Virus record (IMG/VR): IMGVR_UViG_3300042868_011225
Location: 1 to 64,000 of that record
Reading direction: 5' to 3' (one strand)
Source of the DNA: a virus
Length of the DNA stretch: 64,000 nt
Notes under the pieces: model-generated
Seen by the model: the letters and a program-made list of their open reading frames with translations, nothing else
The model's database searches: none
Told to the model about the DNA's origin: nothing
Part shown: in pieces, positions 18,455 to 27,939 of the stretch
Numbering within the stretch: the stretch's first letter is position 1
Layout of the letters: each line of letters begins with the position of its first letter
Translations under genes and position numbers: made by a program

Positions 18455-19741
18455 ATGAGTGAAAAAAAACCAAACGTAATCCCTACAAAGGACCAAATGG
18501 CTTCGTCTAATGCTGAAAGAGCTAAAAGAGAAGCTTTTGAAGCTGAAAAAACCCAAGCAGCCAACGAAATATACATGGGACCTACAAAATTACCAGATAC
18601 ACCTATCGGACATGCCGATGCTTTAGCTGCAATGCAAGAACGTACAGCTAAACAATTGGAACAAAGCAAATTATATGGTAACGTTGTTGAACCAGATTTA
18701 GCTGAAAGTACTACAAAAATCAATATGGAATCTTCTAGAAGACGTAGCGAAGAGCAAATTGAAATTCGTGATGCTCAACTACAAAAAAATATTGAGCAAA
18801 CCAAAAACTATCAAAAATTAGCTGAAGAAGCTACTAACAGAAGATATAAAACAAATTCTTACGAAGAAAACATGACAAACAATCAAACTTACGAACAAGG
18901 TTATACGCCTCGTCCAGTGCCATCTCAGCAACCTATTGTACAACCTACTCCAGTAGCACCTACATCTAACAGTGTTAATCCTTATCTTTTAGAGATAAGC
19001 CAACCTAATTATAATTCACCTTTTGATGTTATACCTTTGCCTTCACAAGGTAAAATGTATCGAAACAAAAAACAAAATATTAGAGTTAGTTATATGACCA
19101 CAGCTGATGAGAACATTCTTAGTAGTCCTAATTTATTACAAAGCGGTGAATTCTTAAACATTCTTATGAACAGAAAAATTCTAGAACCAGAATTAAGATA
19201 TAAAGACTTGCTAGTTGGTGATAGAAATGCTATTATGATTTGGTTGAGAGCAACAGGTTATGGTGAAATGTATCCAGTAACTCTTTTAGATGAAAATGGT
19301 GACCCATTTGATACTGAGATTAACTTAAATGAACTTAAAACTATTAATTTAGGTGCAGAACCAGATGAAGAAGGATTGTTTTCATACTATTTTAAATTAT
19401 CACAAGCAGATATTAAATTTAGATTTGTTACATGTGGTGATGTTGAAGAAATAGATAAATTGGTTGAATTTGAAAAAGAAAGTGGTGTATTGGTTGATAA
19501 TTCATCAACTTATTTATTAGAAAAAATGATTGTAGAAGTTAATGGTTCTAGAGATAAAAACAACATTAAAGATTTTGTTTCATCAATTAGAATTAAAGAC
19601 GGTAAAGATTTTAACAAATATGTCGAATCAATCGAAAGTGGAATTGATTTAAATATTACTGTTGGGACCCCTGGAGGTGGTTCCGTAGATACATTTCTTC
19701 CACTTAACCTCGGATTTTTTTGGCCTGACTTCCGAGTATAA
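18455..19741 (+). CDS. Baseplate hub/tail assembly chaperone (T4 gp26-like) with a long low-complexity N-terminus
   Basis: VIPLPSQGKMY, YMTTADENIL, DLLVGDRNAIMIWLRATGYG and C-terminal FFWPD; located between tube and tape measure. Confidence 0.75.
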   Translation: MSEKKPNVIPTKDQMASSNAERAKREAFEAEKTQAANEIYMGPTKLPDTPIGHADALAAMQERTAKQLEQSKLYGNVVEPDLAESTTKINMESSRRRSEEQIEIRDAQLQKNIEQTKNYQKLAEEATNRRYKTNSYEENMTNNQTYEQGYTPRPVPSQQPIVQPTPVAPTSNSVNPYLLEISQPNYNSPFDVIPLPSQGKMYRNKKQNIRVSYMTTADENILSSPNLLQSGEFLNILMNRKILEPELRYKDLLVGDRNAIMIWLRATGYGEMYPVTLLDENGDPFDTEINLNELKTINLGAEPDEEGLFSYYFKLSQADIKFRFVTCGDVEEIDKLVEFEKESGVLVDNSSTYLLEKMIVEVNGSRDKNNIKDFVSSIRIKDGKDFNKYVESIESGIDLNITVGTPGGGSVDTFLPLNLGFFWPDFRV

Positions 19742-19997
19742 AGCACCCTTGTTGGAGGAAATATATATTTGTACCCAACACATGGATGGTTTTACTTATT
19801 CAGATGTTTTAGCGTTGCCTGTTTATGAAAGAAGATTTTTCTTAAGTCTTAAAGCTAGGGACGTTAGTAAACAAAAAGAACACCAAGAAGAACAAACAAA
19901 AACATTAAAATCAAATTCTAAAGGCAATCGCAGTTCAACCGTAAGTGGTGATGCTTTAAAGAATAGAATGAAAAATGGGGATATTCCATTAAATTAA
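19722..19997 (+). CDS. gp51-like/'T' chaperone segment, probably made as a frameshift fusion with the upstream gene
   Basis: The +1 frame reads FFGLTSEYKAPLLEEIYICTQHMDGFTYSDVLALPVYERRFFL. It has no ATG before the conserved part and a T7 run at 19715-19721. Confidence 0.7.
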   Translation, partial: GLTSEYKAPLLEEIYICTQHMDGFTYSDVLALPVYERRFFLSLKARDVSKQKEHQEEQTKTLKSNSKGNRSSTVSGDALKNRMKNGDIPLN

Positions 19998-19998
19998 T

Positions 19999-20027
19999 AA
20001 ATACCTGCGTTAATTGCAGGTATTTTT
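19999..20027 (+). terminator. Intrinsic terminator
   Basis: aaatacctgc-gttaatt-gcaggtattt followed by a T-run. Confidence 0.8.
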
Positions 20028-20062
20028 ATTTTATATGATATTTATAAACAAACTACTTTGAT

Positions 20063-21076
20063 ATGAAGAAAAAAATAATAATTACAGAAGCTCAATATAA
20101 TAAATTACAAGAATTCTTGTTTGAAACTACTGATGTTAACCACACATTAGATTTTGTTAAGGTTGGTGACGTTTTAAAATTTAAAACAGCTACTGGTAGT
20201 GATTATACTATTAATATAAAACATGTTGACCATAATAGCAATGAAATCTTAGGAGATAATCATGGTAATAAAATACGTTTTAGTTTTGATTCATATGATG
20301 AACAAAATAAAAAACTTAATTATAATCAATTAGACACCAACACACAAAAATATGTACCTAAAACAGCTGATGTTCATGAATTAGACATTGAAAGAGGTGG
20401 AAAAGTTCTTCCAATACCTGATATTGGTGGTAATAAACAACCAGAACAAGAACCAACACCTACTGCTGAACCAGATGATGTATCTAAACCAGTTGAATTA
20501 GACCCAACCACCCCTGAAAAACCAGAAGAAGAAAAAGATTATGATGAAATGATTGATAATATTGAAGCTGAGTATGCAAGTGATGATATATTTAGAAAAG
20601 CATTATACAAACAGCCTAGCTTTTTAGAAAGACTTAAAGGTGAAATTAGTGGTACAAAACCAAAAGGTAGTGGTATAATAATAGCAAATCAATTAGTTAA
20701 TTCTTATAGAGATAGAGGTAGTAATGATTTTTTAAAAGCAGATTTTCGTAAAGACTATAAAGCTCTTTTTAAAAGTTTAGAAAGATACGAATTAGAATAT
20801 GAAGTCGATGGTAAAATTGATTATATAATTTTTAATGGTGAAAGAGAAGCTAAAGTTGGTAATACCAACGATAAAAACCAAAGAAAATTAACGGATATTA
20901 ATAAAAATTTTGAAATTTTAGTTACAAAAAACATTAGTACTGAAAAAATACCTAATTATTTCCTTTGTTACGTATCAACATATTCAATAGAAAAAGGAAA
21001 TAAAATTAAAAATAAAGCAATACCTGTTAAATTACAATTTTTAGATTCAACAGGTTTTAAAGTTAAAAATAAATAA
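20063..21076 (+). CDS. Hypothetical late protein with KKIIITEAQY leader and a Pro/Glu-rich linker
   Basis: 337-aa ORF; TATTTATA at 20039-20046. Confidence 0.7.
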   Translation: MKKKIIITEAQYNKLQEFLFETTDVNHTLDFVKVGDVLKFKTATGSDYTINIKHVDHNSNEILGDNHGNKIRFSFDSYDEQNKKLNYNQLDTNTQKYVPKTADVHELDIERGGKVLPIPDIGGNKQPEQEPTPTAEPDDVSKPVELDPTTPEKPEEEKDYDEMIDNIEAEYASDDIFRKALYKQPSFLERLKGEISGTKPKGSGIIIANQLVNSYRDRGSNDFLKADFRKDYKALFKSLERYELEYEVDGKIDYIIFNGEREAKVGNTNDKNQRKLTDINKNFEILVTKNISTEKIPNYFLCYVSTYSIEKGNKIKNKAIPVKLQFLDSTGFKVKNK

Positions 21077-21078
21077 TC

Positions 21079-23463
21079 ATGTCAAGTTTAAGTGATTTAA
21101 AAGAAGAAGCTAAATTAAGGGCTGAAATATCAGCCTCTTTAGATGGTTATTTATCAGGTGTTGAAAAATTAAAAACTCTTCAAAAAACAATAAAAGATAC
21201 TGATAAGTATATTCTAGAGTTAGAAAACCAAAAAATTGGTGCTAATGCCGCACAAATCGCACAATTAGACACACAAATTAATTATCTTAAAGACCAAACC
21301 GTTGAATACGAAAGACAAGTAAAAATGTTGAAATTAGCCGTTAAAGAAGCTAATAAGTATCAAATGGCGTTAATTGCAACAGGTAAAGCTGGTATTAATG
21401 GTTTAGCAAAGTTACCTGGTTTAGTACAACAAAATTGGGGTAAACTAAAAGGTTTTGGTTTATTTGAAATGGAGAAAGCTGTTAAAAAATCAGCTCTTCA
21501 AATGGGTCTTTTGGGTAAAGAAGGTGAAGCTTATTCTTTATCTATTAGAAATACAGCCGCTAGTACAAATGAAATTGGTGTTGGTATTGAGGCTTTGGCT
21601 CAAATGCAAGGTCAATATGCCGAGGATTTAGGTAGAACAGTTATGCTTGGTGACAAAGGTCTTAAAGCTATGGCAGCAATGTCTATGGCCACTGGTTTAG
21701 GAGCTGAAGGTGCTGGTGAATTAGCTGCTAACATGGAAGAAGTTGGTTTTTCAGCAGAACGTACTGGTGATTATATTGGACAAACTATGAATGATGCACA
21801 TTCAATGGGTATTAACGCTTCTAAGGTTGTTAAAAATATTTCTGGTGGTATAAAAATGCTTAATAAATATCGTTTTAAAGACGGTATTAAAGGGTTGGCT
21901 AAAATGGCCGAATTATCAGCTAAATTAGGTATTAAAATGGATTTTGCTGCTCAAATGAGTGATAAACTTTTTGATATTGAAGGTGCTGTTGATATGTCAG
22001 CTCAATTACAAGTTATGGGTGGTGCTTGGGCAAAGATGGCTGACCCTTTTCATTTAATGTACATGGCTCGTGAAGACATGGTTGGTTTAACAAAAGAAAT
22101 TGCAGAAGCATCTCAAGCTTCTATGCATTTTGCTAAAGACGGTAGTATTGAAATGTCTAGTTTGGAAATGTCTAGACTTAAAATAATTGCACAACAAACA
22201 GGTCTTGAATACGATGATTTAGTAAAATCAGGTAAGGAATTGTTTAAAATGAATAAGGTTAAAAGTCAAATTGCTTTTGGTGTTCCAGAAGATATGAAAG
22301 AATTTATCGCAAACACAGCACAATTAGATAAAAATGGTAAAGCAACTATTGAAATTAATGGTAGTCCTAAATTAGTTAGTCAAATAACCGAAGGTGACCG
22401 AGATTTTATAAAAAGACAAGTTAGCGAGAAAAAATCAATGGAAGAAAGAGCAAAAGCTGCTCAAAATTTTGATGACCAAATTGTAAATCTTATAAATCAA
22501 GTTAAAACATATATGTTACCAATTATTGATGGTATTAATCAAACTCTTGGCCCTATTGTTACTGACTTTATGAAGGACCCAAATTGGAAGGCTGATTTAA
22601 TGTCTTTAGGTAAAGATATTGGTGAATTTATAAAAGGATTAAAACCTATTTTTACAACTATTGGTAATTTAATATTGGCTCTTGGCCCTAAAGGAACACT
22701 TGCTGTTTTATTTGGTGGTAAATTCTTATTAGATGCAGGAAAATGGCTTTTAAATGGTGTTGCTTTAGGAAAAGGATTTTTAGCAACAACCAGTGGTGCT
22801 CAAGCAGCAACTGGTTTAGCTGGTAAATTAGGTGGTGGTGTAAAAGGAGCGGTAGGTGCTGCTGGTATTTATGGTGCTGCTGGATATGGTGTTGGAATGC
22901 TTACAGAGTATGGTTCACAAAAAGCTAAAGATGCTGGAAATGAAGATTTAGGTAAAGGTATTGGTGTTTTAGGAAAATCAGCTGAATATGCACTATATGG
23001 TGCCGCAATTGGTAGTTTAGTACCAGTGTTAGGAACTACTATTGGAGCAATAGCTGGTGGGATAATTGGTGCTGGTAAAGGGTTATATGACCAATATAGC
23101 ACACCGCCAGTACAAGGACAACCGATACAAGATGGTTTCTTTCCTAAACCTAAAAATCCTATGTATTCTAAAGGTAGACAAATTGTCCAAGGCAACGTTG
23201 CGACACCAATAACTAATAAAGATATGTTTGTTGGTCAACCTGGTGGTGCAATTGCTCAAGCTAATAAAGCAAATCAAAATGCTAACATACCAGCAACTAT
23301 AAATCATACATTTGAACCTCTTGAAATAAAAGGTAATTTAATGGTAACAACACCAGGTAATCCTGGTCAAGCTGTTAATTTATTAAAAGATGCACATTTT
23401 ATAAGACAAATTACAAGTTTAATACATAGTGAAACTAAAAGAATGATGAATCAAAAAACATAA
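21079..23463 (+). CDS. Tail tape measure protein
   Basis: 794 aa; helical, Ala/Gly/Met-rich, N-terminal coiled coil, C-terminal glycine zippers (GAAIGSLVPVLGTTIGAIAGGIIG); located after tube and chaperones. Confidence 0.85.
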   Translation: MSSLSDLKEEAKLRAEISASLDGYLSGVEKLKTLQKTIKDTDKYILELENQKIGANAAQIAQLDTQINYLKDQTVEYERQVKMLKLAVKEANKYQMALIATGKAGINGLAKLPGLVQQNWGKLKGFGLFEMEKAVKKSALQMGLLGKEGEAYSLSIRNTAASTNEIGVGIEALAQMQGQYAEDLGRTVMLGDKGLKAMAAMSMATGLGAEGAGELAANMEEVGFSAERTGDYIGQTMNDAHSMGINASKVVKNISGGIKMLNKYRFKDGIKGLAKMAELSAKLGIKMDFAAQMSDKLFDIEGAVDMSAQLQVMGGAWAKMADPFHLMYMAREDMVGLTKEIAEASQASMHFAKDGSIEMSSLEMSRLKIIAQQTGLEYDDLVKSGKELFKMNKVKSQIAFGVPEDMKEFIANTAQLDKNGKATIEINGSPKLVSQITEGDRDFIKRQVSEKKSMEERAKAAQNFDDQIVNLINQVKTYMLPIIDGINQTLGPIVTDFMKDPNWKADLMSLGKDIGEFIKGLKPIFTTIGNLILALGPKGTLAVLFGGKFLLDAGKWLLNGVALGKGFLATTSGAQAATGLAGKLGGGVKGAVGAAGIYGAAGYGVGMLTEYGSQKAKDAGNEDLGKGIGVLGKSAEYALYGAAIGSLVPVLGTTIGAIAGGIIGAGKGLYDQYSTPPVQGQPIQDGFFPKPKNPMYSKGRQIVQGNVATPITNKDMFVGQPGGAIAQANKANQNANIPATINHTFEPLEIKGNLMVTTPGNPGQAVNLLKDAHFIRQITSLIHSETKRMMNQKT

Positions 23464-23526
23464 TTTGTTGATATTTAAACATTTATAAATTATTTTAAAA
23501 ATAAATAAAAAATATACTTCATATTA

Positions 23527-23558
23527 CTTGATTAATTGAATTAAATTACGTAAATTTG
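23527..23558 (+). promoter_or_regulatory. Bacteroidota-type promoter with no ORF before the next terminator
   Basis: CTTG (23527-23530), a 20-nt spacer, then TAAATTTG (23551-23558). Confidence 0.5.
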
Positions 23559-23590
23559 CTATTATATAATAAATAATAATTAAAAAATAA

Positions 23591-23614
23591 TATATATATA
23601 TATATATATATATA
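23591..23614. repeat. (TA)12 microsatellite
   Basis: Directly visible in the intergenic region. Confidence 0.95.
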
Positions 23615-23635
23615 AATAATATTATTAATAAAACT

Positions 23636-23670
23636 AAAATAGAGTACTAATTGTGCTCTATTTTTTATTT
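23636..23670 (+). terminator. Intrinsic terminator-like hairpin
   Basis: aaaatagagtac-taatt-gtgctctatttt followed by a T-run. Confidence 0.7.
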
Positions 23671-23748
23671 TATATAAATTCATTTTCAATTAGTTATTTA
23701 TTTTCATTAATTTTTGTGTATTATAATATTTATATATAAACAAAAGTT

Positions 23749-26700
23749 ATGCCTCTATTTTATAATACTAATAGTCCAACACCAACGACTTCAAATTCAA
23801 TCAACAATGTTTCAATAAGCATTAGAGATTTTTTGTTGAGTAAAAACATATCTTCAACGTATCCTTCGATATCAACAGCTGTTAACGGAAGTCCAAGAGT
23901 TGGTCAACCAGTGTTAGACACAGAATCAAATCATTTAAATTTTTATCCACATCAACAACTAGATTTAAACACAACTGGTTTAGACATCTTAGGAAGCGTT
24001 TTAAACGGCCAAGGTGTAGGAATTGGTGCTGGTGGAACCACAGTACCTAATTTTGACGTTAGAAGCTCTCTAGCAGGTCGTGTGTTGGGTGCTACTGGTT
24101 TATTAAATGATACCAAGATAGGAACTATAGGTGCACAACAATTAGCATTGGCTTTGGCTAATAATGCTTCATTTAACGTACAACAACAATTATTAGGAGC
24201 GTTAAATGTTCAAGATAATGTGTTGGCATTGATTGGTGGTAAACCACTACCAGGTTTCAGACCAAGCTATCAAATTACAGTACCTTCTGGTACTGTTGGT
24301 AGAATTGCTGATTTTGCTGGTAAAATGTTAGGGTTTACAATCCCAAGAAGTTATTTAGGTTCAGAAGGTTCTATATTTCAAGATGAAAACGGTGATGCTG
24401 AAAATATTAAAAGAGCTAACAGTATGATTGAAAATACTGGTAAAGGTCAAGTATTGGCTTTGCTGGCAAATGCTAAAGCTAATTTAGCTGTAAATTCAAC
24501 ATTAACACCTTTTAGAAGCGGATACGCACCAGGATTTACTAATAATAAAGGTGTGCTTCAACTTAGTGATGCTAAATTATACGCATTTTCAAATGATAAT
24601 AAAAACTTTGAAAATATTCTTGCAATATCTGATGGTGCAATACCAGACTTATCATATTTAAAAGAAGAAAAAATAAAATCTGCAGGGTTTTTAGGTCCAG
24701 AAGAACTTGGTGTTTCACCAAACCCTAAAGGTGGGTTTGATGGATATGATAACAGAGTTGTTAGTTCAATACCATTTAGTTGGACTACTAGTAGTGGTGG
24801 TATGGTTAATAGCGTTGAATACCCTGATGAAATTGTAGGTGATAAAAAATCTTTATTATCTAAAACACAAAAACTATTTAATAGTGTGGGTATGAAAAAT
24901 ATTGTTTCTGTTAAAGGTGACATGAATAAAAAATCAACACAAATTAGTCAAGCTAATGGAAAAGGGTTTTCAAAAGGTAATGCTGTTTTAAAACGTGAAT
25001 TATTTACTAATGGTATATATAACGGTGCTGAAAATCTTACTGCTGACGAAACATATTGTAGAAGTTGGACAACATTAAATAGATATGATAGAGTTAGTCG
25101 ATTAGTAAGAAGTGGTGCTGATAGCATTACAGATGGTATTGATGAAACTGAAGTAGCAAATAAAAATATTAATGGGTTATATGATAAAAATCAAGTACCT
25201 TATAGAGACACACCAGGTCAAAGTGTTGGTTCAGTATTAGATGCATATGGATTTCCTAAAATAACACCATACACAAAAGATAAAGAAACAGATTTAAAAC
25301 AATATATGTTTTCAATTGAAAACTTAGCATGGGCTAGTTCAGATATTAAAGCTGTATTACCTTCTTTTGAAATTGGTGATGGTGATTTAATAAATAATAA
25401 AAAGGGTAGAATTATGTGGTTTCCACCATATGATATAAACTTTAGTGAAGGTAATAACGTAAGTTGGGAATCTACTAATTTTATTGGTAGAGGTGAACCA
25501 GTTTATACATATAATAATACAGAAAGAAGTGGTAATTTATCATTTAAAATTCTTGTCGACCACCCTAGTTATGCAAATTCATTTAGAGGTGATAAAGGAC
25601 CAGATGACCATTATGTAAATTCATTTTGGGCTGGTTGTATCCCTCCAGAATTTAAAAATAGATTAACTGAAAGTGAAAAAAGTTGGGAAGAAACTTTAAC
25701 TCACACTATCCCAGTGAAAACAACAATTGAAACCGAACCTGCACCAAATGTTAAATTAACTGTTTATTTTCCAAATGACCAAGCAGCTGTACCTCCATAT
25801 GATTATGAAAGTGGTATGAGTGGAACATCATCAACTGATTATATTGATTATTCTGTAAATAGTGATGGTCGTGGGTATGGTATTGATTTATACCCAGCTG
25901 AATACACTGAAGGTATACATAAACGAACTGGTTGGTTTGATAACACAAATTATGGACTTAATGGTACTAGTATTTATCAACCAAAAATAATATTTAATGG
26001 TAACGAATATGAGGGTTGGAATGATAGAGCTGGTTTATTAATTGACATTAACACATATTTAACTGAAAAATGCCCACATTGTATGGTAGATGTTACAGGT
26101 TATGCAAGTCAACAAGGTGTTACACCTTCAAACGATAAATTAGTTAAAGATAGAGCACTTAATATAATTGAAGAATTAAAAGTTTGGTTATTTCCTGACA
26201 TGCCAAAACCTGAAAAAGATAAACGATTTAAGTTTATCCAAGGTAAAATAGAAACAGGAAATAGTGCATGTAAACCTAAAGATGTTTATGCTATTGATAA
26301 AAAACCATGTAAATTAGACAGACGAGCTGAAATAACTTTTAGATTTGAACAAGAATTAGTAGCTGAAAAATTTAAAAAACCAGATATTATTGTTGAAGAT
26401 GGAACAAGAAAATATAACAAAAAAATAACTGATAGATTCTATAATGAAACATTATATTTTGACCAATTAACTGATGTTGACCCTTTGGTGTTTGATTCGT
26501 TTAGACAAAAAATAAAATATTTTCACCCAGCTTTCCATTCAACTACACCTGAAGGTCTTAATGCAAGGCTTACATTTTTATTACAATGTACTAGACAAGG
26601 ACCAACTTTGGAAGCACAAGGTGCTAATAATCTAGCGTTTGGTAGACCACCTGTATGTATTTTAAGAATTGGGGATTTTTATAACACAAAAATTGTTATG

Positions 26701-27606
26701 GATAGCGTTAATATTGACTATGAACCGTTGGTTTGGGATTTAAACCCAGAAGGTATTGGTGTTCAACCAATGATTGCTAACGTGAATATTTCATTTAAAT
26801 TTTTAGGTGGTTCTAGTCTTATGGGTCCAATTAATAAACTTCAAAATGCATTGTCATTTAATTATTTTGCCAACACACAAGTTTATGATGCAAGAGCTGA
26901 TTATATATCAAAAGATAGACCAACATGGAATCTTAAAGATAATGATGGTAAAGATTTACCTACGACTATGACAGCAAAAGAAAGTGCGTCTGGTTATTAT
27001 TTAAATCATGGTAAGCTGTCATCAAACAATAAAAAAGAAGAAATAACATTTACTGATACACCATTTGCTCCACCAAGTATTGATGAAGTATTAACACAAG
27101 ATAATGCAGCAGGGGATGCACAAATAGCCCCTGCTGATTTAACTACACCAGCAGGTACAATTGATGATAAAGCAGTAATTAGTAAAATAGGGTTAGTTGG
27201 ATTTACGGCATACAATTTTGATGATGCCAAATTAAATTTATATTTAGTTTGGAATAGCAGCTCAAAAGTAACATCAATTAATTTAAATCCTGACCCACCT
27301 AAAACATATAAAGGTCAAGTTTATGTAACTAGTAGCGATAATATAAAAACAAACATAGGTTATATTTCAATACGTTCAAATGGTGCAAATCAAGGTGCTG
27401 TTCTTAGTAATAGTAGTGAAGATGAATTTACAATTGGTTCTGATACAAAAGAAGCATTCTGGAATAGTCCTTTGGAGTTAGATGACGCTCAAAATGCAGC
27501 TGTTAAAGTTGCATATGAAAAAAATGGTTCTAGTTTAAGAATAGAATGGGAAACTGGTTCAATAAATAATGCAGGGTTTGCTGAATCTTCTGCAATAACA
27601 TTTTAA
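23749..27606 (+). CDS. Baseplate tube-initiator-like protein with an inserted OmpA-like domain
   Basis: Tube-fold halves WFPPYDINFSE...W...FIGRGEPVYTYNNTERSGNLSF and RPPVCILRIGDFYNTKIV...QPMIANVNISFKFLG flank VYFPND...VTGYAS...NDKLVKDRA...RRAEITF. Confidence 0.7.
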   Translation: MPLFYNTNSPTPTTSNSINNVSISIRDFLLSKNISSTYPSISTAVNGSPRVGQPVLDTESNHLNFYPHQQLDLNTTGLDILGSVLNGQGVGIGAGGTTVPNFDVRSSLAGRVLGATGLLNDTKIGTIGAQQLALALANNASFNVQQQLLGALNVQDNVLALIGGKPLPGFRPSYQITVPSGTVGRIADFAGKMLGFTIPRSYLGSEGSIFQDENGDAENIKRANSMIENTGKGQVLALLANAKANLAVNSTLTPFRSGYAPGFTNNKGVLQLSDAKLYAFSNDNKNFENILAISDGAIPDLSYLKEEKIKSAGFLGPEELGVSPNPKGGFDGYDNRVVSSIPFSWTTSSGGMVNSVEYPDEIVGDKKSLLSKTQKLFNSVGMKNIVSVKGDMNKKSTQISQANGKGFSKGNAVLKRELFTNGIYNGAENLTADETYCRSWTTLNRYDRVSRLVRSGADSITDGIDETEVANKNINGLYDKNQVPYRDTPGQSVGSVLDAYGFPKITPYTKDKETDLKQYMFSIENLAWASSDIKAVLPSFEIGDGDLINNKKGRIMWFPPYDINFSEGNNVSWESTNFIGRGEPVYTYNNTERSGNLSFKILVDHPSYANSFRGDKGPDDHYVNSFWAGCIPPEFKNRLTESEKSWEETLTHTIPVKTTIETEPAPNVKLTVYFPNDQAAVPPYDYESGMSGTSSTDYIDYSVNSDGRGYGIDLYPAEYTEGIHKRTGWFDNTNYGLNGTSIYQPKIIFNGNEYEGWNDRAGLLIDINTYLTEKCPHCMVDVTGYASQQGVTPSNDKLVKDRALNIIEELKVWLFPDMPKPEKDKRFKFIQGKIETGNSACKPKDVYAIDKKPCKLDRRAEITFRFEQELVAEKFKKPDIIVEDGTRKYNKKITDRFYNETLYFDQLTDVDPLVFDSFRQKIKYFHPAFHSTTPEGLNARLTFLLQCTRQGPTLEAQGANNLAFGRPPVCILRIGDFYNTKIVMDSVNIDYEPLVWDLNPEGIGVQPMIANVNISFKFLGGSSLMGPINKLQNALSFNYFANTQVYDARADYISKDRPTWNLKDNDGKDLPTTMTAKESASGYYLNHGKLSSNNKKEEITFTDTPFAPPSIDEVLTQDNAAGDAQIAPADLTTPAGTIDDKAVISKIGLVGFTAYNFDDAKLNLYLVWNSSSKVTSINLNPDPPKTYKGQVYVTSSDNIKTNIGYISIRSNGANQGAVLSNSSEDEFTIGSDTKEAFWNSPLELDDAQNAAVKVAYEKNGSSLRIEWETGSINNAGFAESSAITF

Positions 27607-27618
27607 AATAAATAAATT

Positions 27619-27939
27619 ATGGCACAATATTTTGATAGATATAATAAATTCAGAATAAACACTGAAATTAAACCAATTCCAGGTATAACTATACCTTTAG
27701 ATGCTGCAGATAAATACACTGTATATAAAGAAATCAGTAGTAGACTTGACAAATTGAGCAACACGTATTATAATAACCCTTATAGTGGATGGTTAATTAT
27801 GTTAGCCAATCCAGAATTTGGCGGTTTAGAATTTAACATACCAGATTCTACTATTATAAGAATACCTTTTCCTTATGATAGTGCTTTAAGTAGATATAGT
27901 ACGGGGGTAATAACACATAAACAATTATATGGAGAATAG
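27619..27939 (+). CDS. Baseplate wedge LysM-like protein (gp53/tail X-like)
   Basis: RLDKLSNTYYNNPYSGWLIMLANP...IPDSTIIRIP. Confidence 0.75.
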   Translation: MAQYFDRYNKFRINTEIKPIPGITIPLDAADKYTVYKEISSRLDKLSNTYYNNPYSGWLIMLANPEFGGLEFNIPDSTIIRIPFPYDSALSRYSTGVITHKQLYGE

